Assembly: GCA_964003875.1 (NCBI GenBank)
Contig: CAXFLH010000002.1
Span: 1 to 41,932 of the forward strand
Source of the DNA: an uncultured Flavobacteriales bacterium
GTDB lineage: Bacteria; Bacteroidota; Bacteroidia; Flavobacteriales; UBA7312
DNA length: 41,932 nt
Direction of reading: 5' to 3'
In this document: positions 6,862 to 16,067 of the stretch, piece by piece
Position numbering within the stretch: position 1 is the first letter of the stretch
Layout of the letters: the number at the start of each line of letters is the position of its first letter
The notes under the pieces: model-generated
Databases searched by the model: none
Seen by the model: the letters and a program-made list of their open reading frames with translations, nothing else
Told to the model about the DNA's origin: nothing
Made by a program: the position numbers and the translations under genes

Positions 6862-9633
6862 ATGGAATACGATTTTAATCGCATTGAGCAAAAATGGCAA
6901 GACCGATGGAGGGAATGGCAAACCTATAAAGTTGAGGAAGATACTTCCAAGCCCAAGTTTTATGTATTAGATATGTTTCCATATCCTTCGGGGGCAGGTT
7001 TGCATGTTGGCCATCCATTAGGCTATATAGCATCTGATATTTATGCCCGTTACAAACGCCATAAGGGGTTTAATGTTTTGCATCCAATGGGATACGATTC
7101 TTTTGGTTTGCCAGCAGAACAGTATGCCATACAGACGGGACAACACCCTGCTATTACAACAGAAAATAATATCAACCGTTACAGAGAACAATTGGACAAA
7201 ATAGGCTTTTCTTTCGATTGGAATAGAGAAATTCGCACTTCAGAACCCAACTATTATAAGTGGACACAGTGGATTTTTAAGCAACTTTTTAACTCCTATT
7301 ATTGCAACATAGATAATAAGGCTTTGCCCATCTCAGAATTGGTGGAAGAGTTAGAACGTAATGGAAATGCTTTAGTGCAATCTCCATGCGATGAAGACAC
7401 GCCACAATTTACTGCTGAAGAATGGAAGGCATGGAGTGAAGCCGAGCAACAAGCCATTTTATTAAAATACAGACTGACATTTTTATCCGAAACATGGGTG
7501 AATTGGTGTGAGGGTTTAGGAACGGTTTTGGCTAACGATGAGGTCAAAGACGGTCGTTCAGAACGAGGTAATTTCCCTGTTGAACAAAAACTCATGAAGC
7601 AATGGTCAATGCGAATAACAGCCTATGCCGAACGCTTACTTGAAGGCTTAGAACAAGTAGATTGGAACGATTCTATCAAAGAAATTCAGCGCAACTGGAT
7701 AGGCAAATCTGAAGGGGCATCACTTCGCTTTTCTATAGAAAATAGTAGTGAGCAAATAGAAGTATTTACTACTAGACCAGACACCATATATGGCGTTACT
7801 TTTATGGTTTTATCACCCGAGCATGAACTTGTAAAGTCCATCACTACTGCCTCACAAAAAGAGGAGATAGAAAGCTACTGCCAACAAGCAGCCTTGAAGT
7901 CCGAAAGGGACAGACAGTCCGATGTGAAGAGTGTAACGGGAGCCTTTACGGGAGCTTATGCTATTCACCCTTTTACCAATGAAAAAATACCCATATGGAT
8001 TGGAGATTATGTCTTAGCATCTTATGGTACAGGGGCTGTTATGGCAGTTCCTTGTGGTGACCAAAGGGATTGGAATTTTGCTAATAAGTTTGGTATCGAG
8101 ATAAAGAACATCTTTAAAGACACGGATATTAGTGAAGGGGCTAATGAAGATAAAGCGGCTATAATTGATAATTCGGATTTCCTTTCAGGTCTTACTGCCC
8201 AAGAAGCCATACAACAAGGTATATTAGCCATTGAGAAAAAAGAGATAGGTAAGGGCAAAACAAACTACAGACTAAGAGATGCTATTTTCAGTCGTCAAAG
8301 GTATTGGGGAGAGCCATTTCCAGTGTACTATGAAAATGATATCCCTAGACTGACAGATGATGACAGTTGCGTAGAATTGCCAGAGGTAGATAAATACCTG
8401 CCAACAGAAGAAGGAGAGCCGCCTTTAGCTAGAGCTAAAAAAGAAGATTGGAATGTTTTTCAAGGCGATAGAATGGAGCATAATACTATGCCAGGTTGGG
8501 CAGGTTCTTCGTGGTATTTTTTAAGGTATATGGACCCTCAAAACGATACGGAGTTTGTGTCTAAGGAAAAAGCCGATTATTGGGGGCAAGTGGATTTATA
8601 TATTGGTGGTGCAGAACATGCTGTTGGACACTTGTTATACTCTAGATTTTGGACTAAGTTTTTGTACGATAGAGGCTTTATTGCTTTTGATGAGCCCTTC
8701 AAAAAAATGATTAATCAAGGAATGATTTTAGGGCGTTCCAATTTTGTATATCGAATTAAAGACAGCAATACTTTCGTCAGTTTTGACAAGAGAAAAGACT
8801 ACAAAACCAGTCGCATGCATGTTCATATTGACCTTGTGGACAAGGACGTTTTAGATATTGAAGCCTTTAAAAAATGGCGACAAGAATACAAAGAGGCTGA
8901 ATTCATTCTCAATGATGATGGCAAATACATCTGTGGTTTTGAGGTAGAAAAAATGTCAAAGTCCAAGTACAATGTTCAGACGCCCGATGATTTGGTGGAG
9001 AAATTTGGGGCTGACACTTTAAGAATGTACGAAATGTTTTTGGGGCCCTTAGAGCAGTTCAAACCTTGGGATACAAAAGGCATCAATGGGGTACATAATT
9101 TTTTAAGAAAGTTTTGGCGTTTAGCACACGATGAAAATAATCAAATCCATCTTTCTGATGACGAGCCAACAAAAGCAGAATTGAAGTCTTTGCATAAAGC
9201 CATTAAAAAGGTAACCGAAGACATCGACAGACAGGCTTTCAATACGGTAGTTAGTAATTTGATGATAGCGGTCAATGAGTTGAATGATTTGAAATGCAAC
9301 AAACGACATATCCTCAAAGATTTAATTGTGTTGATAGCACCTTATGCTCCACACTTTGCTGAAGAATTGTGGGAAAAATTAGGGCATACGGAATCGGTCA
9401 CTCTTGCCAATTGGCCTAAATTTGATGAACAGCATTTAAAAGAAGATGCCTTCACTTACCCTATTTCTTTTAATGGTAAAATGCGTTTTACTCTTGAGCT
9501 TTCTGCTGATTTGAGCAAGGAAGACATAGAAAAAGAAGTCATGGCTTTTGAGAAGACCAAACAATATATGGAAGGCAAAAACCCCAAGCGTATTATCATA
9601 GTTCCGAAGAAAATCGTTAATATCGTAATATGA
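6862..9633 (+). CDS. leuS: Leucine--tRNA ligase
   Basis: 923 aa. It has the class I HIGH motif (PYPSGAGLHVGHPLGY), the KMSKS motif (VEKMSKSKYN) and the LeuRS editing-domain insertion. Confidence 0.97.
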   Translation: MEYDFNRIEQKWQDRWREWQTYKVEEDTSKPKFYVLDMFPYPSGAGLHVGHPLGYIASDIYARYKRHKGFNVLHPMGYDSFGLPAEQYAIQTGQHPAITTENNINRYREQLDKIGFSFDWNREIRTSEPNYYKWTQWIFKQLFNSYYCNIDNKALPISELVEELERNGNALVQSPCDEDTPQFTAEEWKAWSEAEQQAILLKYRLTFLSETWVNWCEGLGTVLANDEVKDGRSERGNFPVEQKLMKQWSMRITAYAERLLEGLEQVDWNDSIKEIQRNWIGKSEGASLRFSIENSSEQIEVFTTRPDTIYGVTFMVLSPEHELVKSITTASQKEEIESYCQQAALKSERDRQSDVKSVTGAFTGAYAIHPFTNEKIPIWIGDYVLASYGTGAVMAVPCGDQRDWNFANKFGIEIKNIFKDTDISEGANEDKAAIIDNSDFLSGLTAQEAIQQGILAIEKKEIGKGKTNYRLRDAIFSRQRYWGEPFPVYYENDIPRLTDDDSCVELPEVDKYLPTEEGEPPLARAKKEDWNVFQGDRMEHNTMPGWAGSSWYFLRYMDPQNDTEFVSKEKADYWGQVDLYIGGAEHAVGHLLYSRFWTKFLYDRGFIAFDEPFKKMINQGMILGRSNFVYRIKDSNTFVSFDKRKDYKTSRMHVHIDLVDKDVLDIEAFKKWRQEYKEAEFILNDDGKYICGFEVEKMSKSKYNVQTPDDLVEKFGADTLRMYEMFLGPLEQFKPWDTKGINGVHNFLRKFWRLAHDENNQIHLSDDEPTKAELKSLHKAIKKVTEDIDRQAFNTVVSNLMIAVNELNDLKCNKRHILKDLIVLIAPYAPHFAEELWEKLGHTESVTLANWPKFDEQHLKEDAFTYPISFNGKMRFTLELSADLSKEDIEKEVMAFEKTKQYMEGKNPKRIIIVPKKIVNIVI

Positions 9634-9691
9634 TTTATGACATATCATAAATAAATATTAATGTTCAATTTGTCCCAAAAAAATTACTACT

Positions 9692-10687
9692 ATGGAATGG
9701 ACTAAAGAGATTAAAGACAAAATAGAGAAGTTAGACAGTAAGTACGCTTCTATAGGTCAAGATTTACCAGCTTATTTAGATGGTTTGCTGTATGCTAATC
9801 CTTTACATTATTGGGATTATACTTATGTGGATACTTTGTTGAGTCTTCAGCACCCCAAAACCGATTTTCCAGATGAACAGATATTTATCATTTATCATCA
9901 AATTACAGAGTTATACTTCAAGTTGGCCATGCTTGAGTTGGATCAAATAGCTCACAACGGCAAGTTAATGTCAGAAGATGGTCAAGATATGGGTTGGAAT
10001 GATTCTCTATCGGTTGAGTTCTTTACAGAACGCCTAAAACGAATCAACAGTTATTTTGAAGTGCTAACATCTTCCTTTGATATCATGGTCAATGGTATGG
10101 AAAAAGAACAGTTTTTAAAGTTCAGATCGTCTTTATTGCCATCTAGTGGCTTTCAGTCTGCACAATACAGATTGATAGAAATTTCTTGTACACACCTTAT
10201 TAATCTCACACACAAAGATGAAAGAGAAGGTTTGAGAGGCTCTAGTATTGATGATATGGCTCAGCACTTTTATTGGAAAGACGGTGCAATAGATATGAAA
10301 ACTGGCAAAAAAACCTTGATGCTCGAAAATTTCGAAAAGAAATATATGGCGCAATTTATCGACAGAGCTCATGATTTTTCAGATAAAAACTTACTTGCAA
10401 AATATCAACAATTAAGTGTTGAAGACCAGCAAGACAAAGACTTGATACATCAATTACGTTTATTAGATTTGAATGTCAATGTGAATTGGCCATTGGTGCA
10501 TTACAAATCAGCAGTTCGCTATTTGTCATCAAAAGACGGTGATGCTGATGCAACAGGCGGTACAAATTGGCAAAAATATTTGCCCCCTCGCTTTCAGAAG
10601 CGTATCTTCTTTCCAGAATTATGGACAAACGAGGAAATGGAAAATTGGGGCAGACAATGGGTGGTAAATGCCCTTAACGAAAGTTGA
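9692..10687 (+). CDS. kynA: Tryptophan 2,3-dioxygenase family protein
   Basis: 331 aa. HYWDYTYVDTLLSLQHP...DEQIFIIYHQITELYFKLAMLEL matches the conserved TDO core (Y.DYL.LD.LL..Q ... HQ.SELW.KL). Confidence 0.7.
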   Translation: MEWTKEIKDKIEKLDSKYASIGQDLPAYLDGLLYANPLHYWDYTYVDTLLSLQHPKTDFPDEQIFIIYHQITELYFKLAMLELDQIAHNGKLMSEDGQDMGWNDSLSVEFFTERLKRINSYFEVLTSSFDIMVNGMEKEQFLKFRSSLLPSSGFQSAQYRLIEISCTHLINLTHKDEREGLRGSSIDDMAQHFYWKDGAIDMKTGKKTLMLENFEKKYMAQFIDRAHDFSDKNLLAKYQQLSVEDQQDKDLIHQLRLLDLNVNVNWPLVHYKSAVRYLSSKDGDADATGGTNWQKYLPPRFQKRIFFPELWTNEEMENWGRQWVVNALNES

Positions 10688-10696
10688 TAGTATAGA

Positions 10697-11926
10697 ATGA
10701 AAAAAAATAAATGGGGTAATGTAGTAGGCTTTTTGTTGTTGGCAATCTCCATTTCATTTACCTTTCCAAGTTGCAATTCTCAAGATAAAAAAAACCTTCC
10801 AGACCCCTGTGTAGTACTTTATGATATATGTACTGAAGACTATAAGGTACATAGGGGAGAATTAAAAAGTGGGCAAACTTTAGGAGCAGTACTTTATCTC
10901 AATCACATAGACCACGGCAGAATAGATCAAATAGTAAGAGCCTCTAAAGGAATTTTTGATTTCAGAAAAGCCAAAGCGGGAAAGAAGTTTACAGTTCTGT
11001 GTTCTAACGACAGTATTGAGAAAGCCCAATATTTCATTTATGAAATGTCTAGTATAGATTATGTCGTTTTTGACATAAGAGATACCATAGATGTATTTTT
11101 AGGCCAAAAAGAAGTTGAGGTAAAAACTCGTGAGGCCAGTGGTCAGATAGAATCTTCCTTGTGGAATTCACTAGTTGAAAACAAAATGAGTCCTGCTTTA
11201 GTTATGGAATTATCCTCCATTTACGCTTGGACCATAGACTTTTTTAGAATACAAAAAGGCGATTATTTCAAGGTAGTTTATGAAGAAAAATACGTTGAAG
11301 GAGAATTCATAGGCATAGGGCGAGTATATGCTGCATTGTTCAATCATGCCAATGAAGATTTTTATGCCTTTTACTTTGAAGAAGAAGAAAACTATGGCGA
11401 TTATTTCGATGATGAAGGTGCTGCTTTAAGAAAGGCCTTTTTAAGAGCACCATTAAATTACTCTCGTATCAGTTCGAGTTTTAGTAAGCGAAGAAAGCAC
11501 CCTGTAACAGGTCGTATAAAAGCCCATTTGGGTACTGATTATGCTGCACCGACAGGCACACCTATTTTATCGACTGCCAATGGTACCGTTACAGAGGCGA
11601 GGTACAAACGTAACAATGGCAATTACGTTAAGGTAAGACACAACAGTACTTACAGCACTCAATATTTACACATGTCCAAAATAAAATCAGGAATACGCCC
11701 TGGAGTTTATGTCAAGCAAGGAGAAGTCATTGGATATGTGGGAAGTACAGGCTTAGCAACAGGGCCTCATGTATGTTATCGTTTTTGGAAAAATGGTCGT
11801 CAGGTAGACCCTTACAAACAGAAGTTACCCCCGTCTAAGCCAGTTAAAAAAGAAAACTTAGAAGCCTACACCGTGCTAAAAGACAGCATGATGAATGTTA
11901 TTCAATCAATACCAAGTAGTTTTTAG
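10697..11926 (+). CDS. M23-family peptidoglycan metalloendopeptidase, probable lipoprotein
   Basis: 409 aa. A signal peptide ends in a lipobox-like FPSC. The M23 motifs HLGTDYAAPTGTPI and GSTGLATGPHVCYRF (HxxxD and HxH-type zinc ligands) are present. Confidence 0.85.
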   Translation: MKKNKWGNVVGFLLLAISISFTFPSCNSQDKKNLPDPCVVLYDICTEDYKVHRGELKSGQTLGAVLYLNHIDHGRIDQIVRASKGIFDFRKAKAGKKFTVLCSNDSIEKAQYFIYEMSSIDYVVFDIRDTIDVFLGQKEVEVKTREASGQIESSLWNSLVENKMSPALVMELSSIYAWTIDFFRIQKGDYFKVVYEEKYVEGEFIGIGRVYAALFNHANEDFYAFYFEEEENYGDYFDDEGAALRKAFLRAPLNYSRISSSFSKRRKHPVTGRIKAHLGTDYAAPTGTPILSTANGTVTEARYKRNNGNYVKVRHNSTYSTQYLHMSKIKSGIRPGVYVKQGEVIGYVGSTGLATGPHVCYRFWKNGRQVDPYKQKLPPSKPVKKENLEAYTVLKDSMMNVIQSIPSSF

Positions 11927-11952
11927 TCTACTGAAATCAGTATCTTTACCCT

Positions 11953-14900
11953 ATGAGAGCTTTGCTAACATTAGTGATGGTATTGTGCTGGTGCAACTTA
12001 TCGGCACAAGTATTTTTTACCCCAAATAAAGGACAATGGAATAAAGCTGTCAAAGCCAAAGTGAATTTAGCTAATGGGGCCATGTTCCTAGAAGATAAAG
12101 CCCTTACTTTTAATTTCATTGACGCTACTTATTTTAGCCATTCACACGATTACGATACTATGGTCGATAGTATTCAAGCTTATGCTTTCAAATGGCACTT
12201 CGTTAGAGCCAATACTCCCAAAATAAGCTTTGAAGAAGAAAGAGAAGGGGTGGTTAATTTTTTCAATGTTAAACCCTTAGTATCTGCAGTCAGAACTTAT
12301 AAAAAAGTCAATTATAACAATTTGTATGACGGCATAGATTATAGCATTTATGAATATGCTGGAGGTCTAAAATACGATTGGATAGTTCAGCCTAATGCTG
12401 ACCCTACAGACATTAAACTACGTCTTGAAGGAGTCAAAGATATACGTATTGAAGATGGTCGATTGGTATTGCGTACTGTTTTGAATGAAATTAGAGAAGA
12501 ACGCCCCTATGCTTATCAGTGGCATAATGGCGAAAAAGTTGAGGTAGCTTGTCGTTTTGTATGGAAAAAACAACGCTTATCGTTTGAATTCCCAAAGGGT
12601 TATGATCGTAATAAGGAATTGATAATTGACCCTGAAATGATATTTTCTTCATACTCGGGTTCAGTAGCCAGTAACTTTGGATATACTGCTACCTATGACG
12701 ACTACGGCTTTTTATATGCTGGAGGGACAGCATATAACATAGGTTATCCCATTACTGTTGGGGCATACCAAACAGCCTATAACGGTGGTGTTGTGGGTAA
12801 TGATGTGGTGTTGAGTAAGTACGATACTACGGGTACATTTATGGTTTATTCTACCTATTTAGGAGGTTCTGGCGATGAGGTGCCTCATAGTCTTATTGTT
12901 TATGACGAAGAATTATTTGTTATGGGCACAACAGGTTCAGCAGATTTTCCTACTAGTGAGGGGGCTTTTGACAATACCTTCAATGGCGGACAGGCTCTGG
13001 CTGTCAATGGGGTAGGCATCAACTACACCAACGGTTGTGATATTTTTATCAGTCGTTTGAATGCAGAAGGGACAGACTTATTGTCTTCGACCTTTTTAGG
13101 GGGGACAGACAACGATGGTTTTAATAGCTCGGCTACTTTACGTTATAACTATGCCGACCAGATGCGAGGCGAAATAGACATTGATACTGATGGAAATTGT
13201 TACATCGCATCTTCAACTTTTTCTTCAGACTTTCCTATTGTCAATAGCTTAATTCAACCTGCTATCAATGGAGGTCAAGATGGTATAATAGTAAAACTAG
13301 ATTTGGATTTGAGTGCCATTCAATGGAGTTCATATTTTGGTGGCAGTAGTGACGATGCCTTGTATTCTTTAGCCTTTGATTCCAATAACGATTTGTACGC
13401 TTGTGGAGGCACATCGTCTGATAATTTAGCGACTACCAATGGGGCTTATGCACCAGATTATTTAGGAGGTTCAGTAGATGCTTTTGTATCTCATTTTTCT
13501 AAAGATGGCCAGACACTTTTGAGCTCTACCTATTACGGTTCTGACCAATACGACCAGTCCTATTTTATTGAATTGGATAAGTTGGATCAAGTGTATTTGT
13601 TTGGACAAAGTTTAGCACCTGACAACACTTTGATATTTAATGCGGTATTTTCTCAGCCTAACAGTGGGCAGTTTGTAAGTAAGCTAAATTCAGAACTTAA
13701 CACCTTAGATTTCTCTACTGTTTTTGGTTCTGGAAGTGGAGGAATAGACATTTCTCCTACGGCTTTTTTGGTCGATGCTTGTAATAGGATTTATTGCTCG
13801 GGTTGGGGAGGCACTACCAACGATTCCATACATTTAGGACCTGGTGGTAGCACTTCCGGTTTGGTGACTACTTTTGATGCTTTTCAAGACGAAACGGACG
13901 GTAGTGATTTCTACCTCATTATTTTTGAGGACGATGCTAACACCTTGTCTTTCGCTTCCTTTTTTGGAGGAGATCAAGCTGCCGAACACGTAGATGGTGG
14001 AACCAGTCGTTTTGATAAAAAAGGCATCGTTTATCAGTCCGTTTGTGCGGGTTGTGGGGGTTTTTCTGATTTCCCTACCACTGACAATGCTGTATCCAAT
14101 ACCAATGGGGCGAGTTGTAATAATGCAGTCTTTAAGTTTGATCCAGACTTCCCTTTGACTGTTGCTAATTTCAATGCTCCAGAATTGACTTGCGATTGGA
14201 CAGTAGTTTTTGAAAATCTGAGTTTAGGAGAAAACAACTCCTACTATTGGGATTTTGGAGATGGCACAACTTCTACCGAAATGACACCCACTCATACCTT
14301 TTCGGCGGTAGGAAACTATGAAGTCTTACTCGTTACTAACGACCCCACCTCCTGCAATTTGGTGGATAGCATCATCAAGAATATCACCATAGACGACAAT
14401 AAATACCAAGAATTGGATAGCTTATTTATCTGTGAAGGCGATAGCGTACTTTTACAAGGAACTGAAATGGACGGATTTACCTATCAATGGTCGCCCAATG
14501 TTGCTATAGCTAATCCTTCAGAATCTAGCACTTATGCCTCGCCTACAGATTCTATGTTTTATTATTTCATAGGTCAGTCCGATAATTGCTTCGATACACT
14601 CAGTCAGTATGTAGCAGTTAGGAAAGTGCCTTTGGATTATTCTGCAAACTCAGAAATATGCGGTTTGCCCATTGTCTTGAGGGTAGAAACCAGCGATTCA
14701 GCACAAATTATATGGACAACAGCTTTGGGAAGTTCTTCACCTGTGGAGCAAGATACTTTAGTGGTTTCTACTGTTGGCACATACTACATGGAAGTAAGGC
14801 AATTTGGGTGCAGTGAAACAGGAAGAATAGATGTGGCCTTGGGCGAAGCATGTTGTAGCGAGGAAAATATCCTTATTCCCAATGCTTTTACTCCTAATGG

Positions 14901-15144
14901 CGATTTGTTGAATGAAAAATTCCGAATAAAAGATGAATTGAATATCGTTCAAGATTTTGAGCTCAATATATTCAACCGATGGGGACAAAAAGTCTTTTAC
15001 ACTCAAGATAAAAAAGAGCCTTGGGACGGCTACTTTAAAGGGGAGTTACAACCTTCTTCTGTTTTCGATTACCACCTCAATATAGGCTGTATAGGTGGGC
15101 AAAAGTCCTTTTTCAAAAAAGGTAATATTAGCTTGATACGATGA
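11953..15144 (+). CDS. Large secreted beta-propeller-repeat / PKD-domain protein with a T9SS type B (gliding-motility-associated) C-terminal sorting domain
   Basis: 1063 aa with a signal peptide (LVMVLCWCNLSAQ). Repeated STYLGGSGDE / SSTFLGGTDND / SSYFGGSSDD units are SBBP-like propeller repeats. YYWDFGDGTTS is a PKD domain. The C-terminal IPNAFTPNGDLLNEKF...FNRWGQKVF...WDG matches the CHU_C/type B CTD. Confidence 0.85.
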   Translation: MRALLTLVMVLCWCNLSAQVFFTPNKGQWNKAVKAKVNLANGAMFLEDKALTFNFIDATYFSHSHDYDTMVDSIQAYAFKWHFVRANTPKISFEEEREGVVNFFNVKPLVSAVRTYKKVNYNNLYDGIDYSIYEYAGGLKYDWIVQPNADPTDIKLRLEGVKDIRIEDGRLVLRTVLNEIREERPYAYQWHNGEKVEVACRFVWKKQRLSFEFPKGYDRNKELIIDPEMIFSSYSGSVASNFGYTATYDDYGFLYAGGTAYNIGYPITVGAYQTAYNGGVVGNDVVLSKYDTTGTFMVYSTYLGGSGDEVPHSLIVYDEELFVMGTTGSADFPTSEGAFDNTFNGGQALAVNGVGINYTNGCDIFISRLNAEGTDLLSSTFLGGTDNDGFNSSATLRYNYADQMRGEIDIDTDGNCYIASSTFSSDFPIVNSLIQPAINGGQDGIIVKLDLDLSAIQWSSYFGGSSDDALYSLAFDSNNDLYACGGTSSDNLATTNGAYAPDYLGGSVDAFVSHFSKDGQTLLSSTYYGSDQYDQSYFIELDKLDQVYLFGQSLAPDNTLIFNAVFSQPNSGQFVSKLNSELNTLDFSTVFGSGSGGIDISPTAFLVDACNRIYCSGWGGTTNDSIHLGPGGSTSGLVTTFDAFQDETDGSDFYLIIFEDDANTLSFASFFGGDQAAEHVDGGTSRFDKKGIVYQSVCAGCGGFSDFPTTDNAVSNTNGASCNNAVFKFDPDFPLTVANFNAPELTCDWTVVFENLSLGENNSYYWDFGDGTTSTEMTPTHTFSAVGNYEVLLVTNDPTSCNLVDSIIKNITIDDNKYQELDSLFICEGDSVLLQGTEMDGFTYQWSPNVAIANPSESSTYASPTDSMFYYFIGQSDNCFDTLSQYVAVRKVPLDYSANSEICGLPIVLRVETSDSAQIIWTTALGSSSPVEQDTLVVSTVGTYYMEVRQFGCSETGRIDVALGEACCSEENILIPNAFTPNGDLLNEKFRIKDELNIVQDFELNIFNRWGQKVFYTQDKKEPWDGYFKGELQPSSVFDYHLNIGCIGGQKSFFKKGNISLIR

Positions 15145-16067
15145 AGAAATTAGTCCTCATATTTCTTTGTGTAGGCACTACTTTAATGGGGCAAGATGTA
15201 CATTTTAGCCAATGGTACAATAACCCTTTGTTTAGCAATCCCGCTTTGACAGCTGACTTCGATGGAGACTATCGTATTACGGCCCATCAGCGTGAGCAAT
15301 GGGCGAGTGTAAGTGTTCCGTTCAGTACAACTTCGGTGGGCTTGGAAATGCCCATAGAAAATTGGGGTTTAGGGCTTCAGTTTCTTCGTGACCAATCGGG
15401 GAGTTCTCGCTTGTCACTCACACAATTTAACCTTTTCCTTTCTCGTTCTTTACAAGATTGGCAATTGGGGGTTCAGTTGGGCTTTGCACAACGCCGTATT
15501 GACTACTCCGATTTGATATTTATCGATGATGGCGAATCCATCAGTACAGAAACTAAGAATTACATGGACATAGGAATGGGCATCAATAGAACTTTCAGTT
15601 TTGTTTCTAGTGAATTGAAAGTCGCTTATGCTTTGTTTCACGTCAATAGTCCAAACCGTTCATTTATATCATCGGATGATAAGTTAGCTGTTCGCCATCA
15701 ATTTTCCAGCAGTTTAGATTACGATTTGAATGAAAAATGGCAGCTCAGCCCATCCATTCATTATACCAGCCAACAAAACCAAAGGGAGTTTATGCTAGGC
15801 TCACAGATTAGTTTTGATATCAGCGAATACTACTACAAATACATAGTCCTTGAGCTAGGTAGTTATTACCGTTTTGGAGATGCCTTGACGTCTTTAATTG
15901 GCATACAGTTTGAGCAATCGCAGGTGGCATTTAGTTACGATTGGAACACCTCCGACTTAGTCCCAGCTAGTAATTATTTGGGTGCTTGGGAATTGTCATT
16001 TGCTCACATTATACAGTCCAAAGTATTATCCAAGCCCAAGTACAAAACCTGCCCTGCCTTCTTATGA
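15141..16067 (+). CDS. PorP/SprF-family T9SS outer-membrane protein
   Basis: 308 aa. The signal peptide is followed by QDVHFSQWYNNPLFSNPALTA, the hallmark PorP/SprF N-terminus. There is an ATGA start/stop overlap with the upstream type B cargo gene. Confidence 0.88.
   Translation: MKKLVLIFLCVGTTLMGQDVHFSQWYNNPLFSNPALTADFDGDYRITAHQREQWASVSVPFSTTSVGLEMPIENWGLGLQFLRDQSGSSRLSLTQFNLFLSRSLQDWQLGVQLGFAQRRIDYSDLIFIDDGESISTETKNYMDIGMGINRTFSFVSSELKVAYALFHVNSPNRSFISSDDKLAVRHQFSSSLDYDLNEKWQLSPSIHYTSQQNQREFMLGSQISFDISEYYYKYIVLELGSYYRFGDALTSLIGIQFEQSQVAFSYDWNTSDLVPASNYLGAWELSFAHIIQSKVLSKPKYKTCPAFL

Noticed and set aside
9635-9650. Hairpin TTATGA-CATA-TCATAA just after the leuS stop as a terminator.
   Set aside because: The stem is only 6 bp with a single G-C pair and has no following T-run. 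It is not distinguishable from chance in AT-rich DNA.
15986-16063. N-terminal extensions of several track ORFs: 15986, 17983, 23486, 28578, 28397, 5723 and 33810.
   Set aside because: In each case an internal Met gives a canonical N-terminus (a signal peptide or conserved family start). It also removes an implausible overlap with the neighbouring gene, and in several cases it sits just downstream of a TAnnTTTG box. The longer forms are ORF-calling artefacts.
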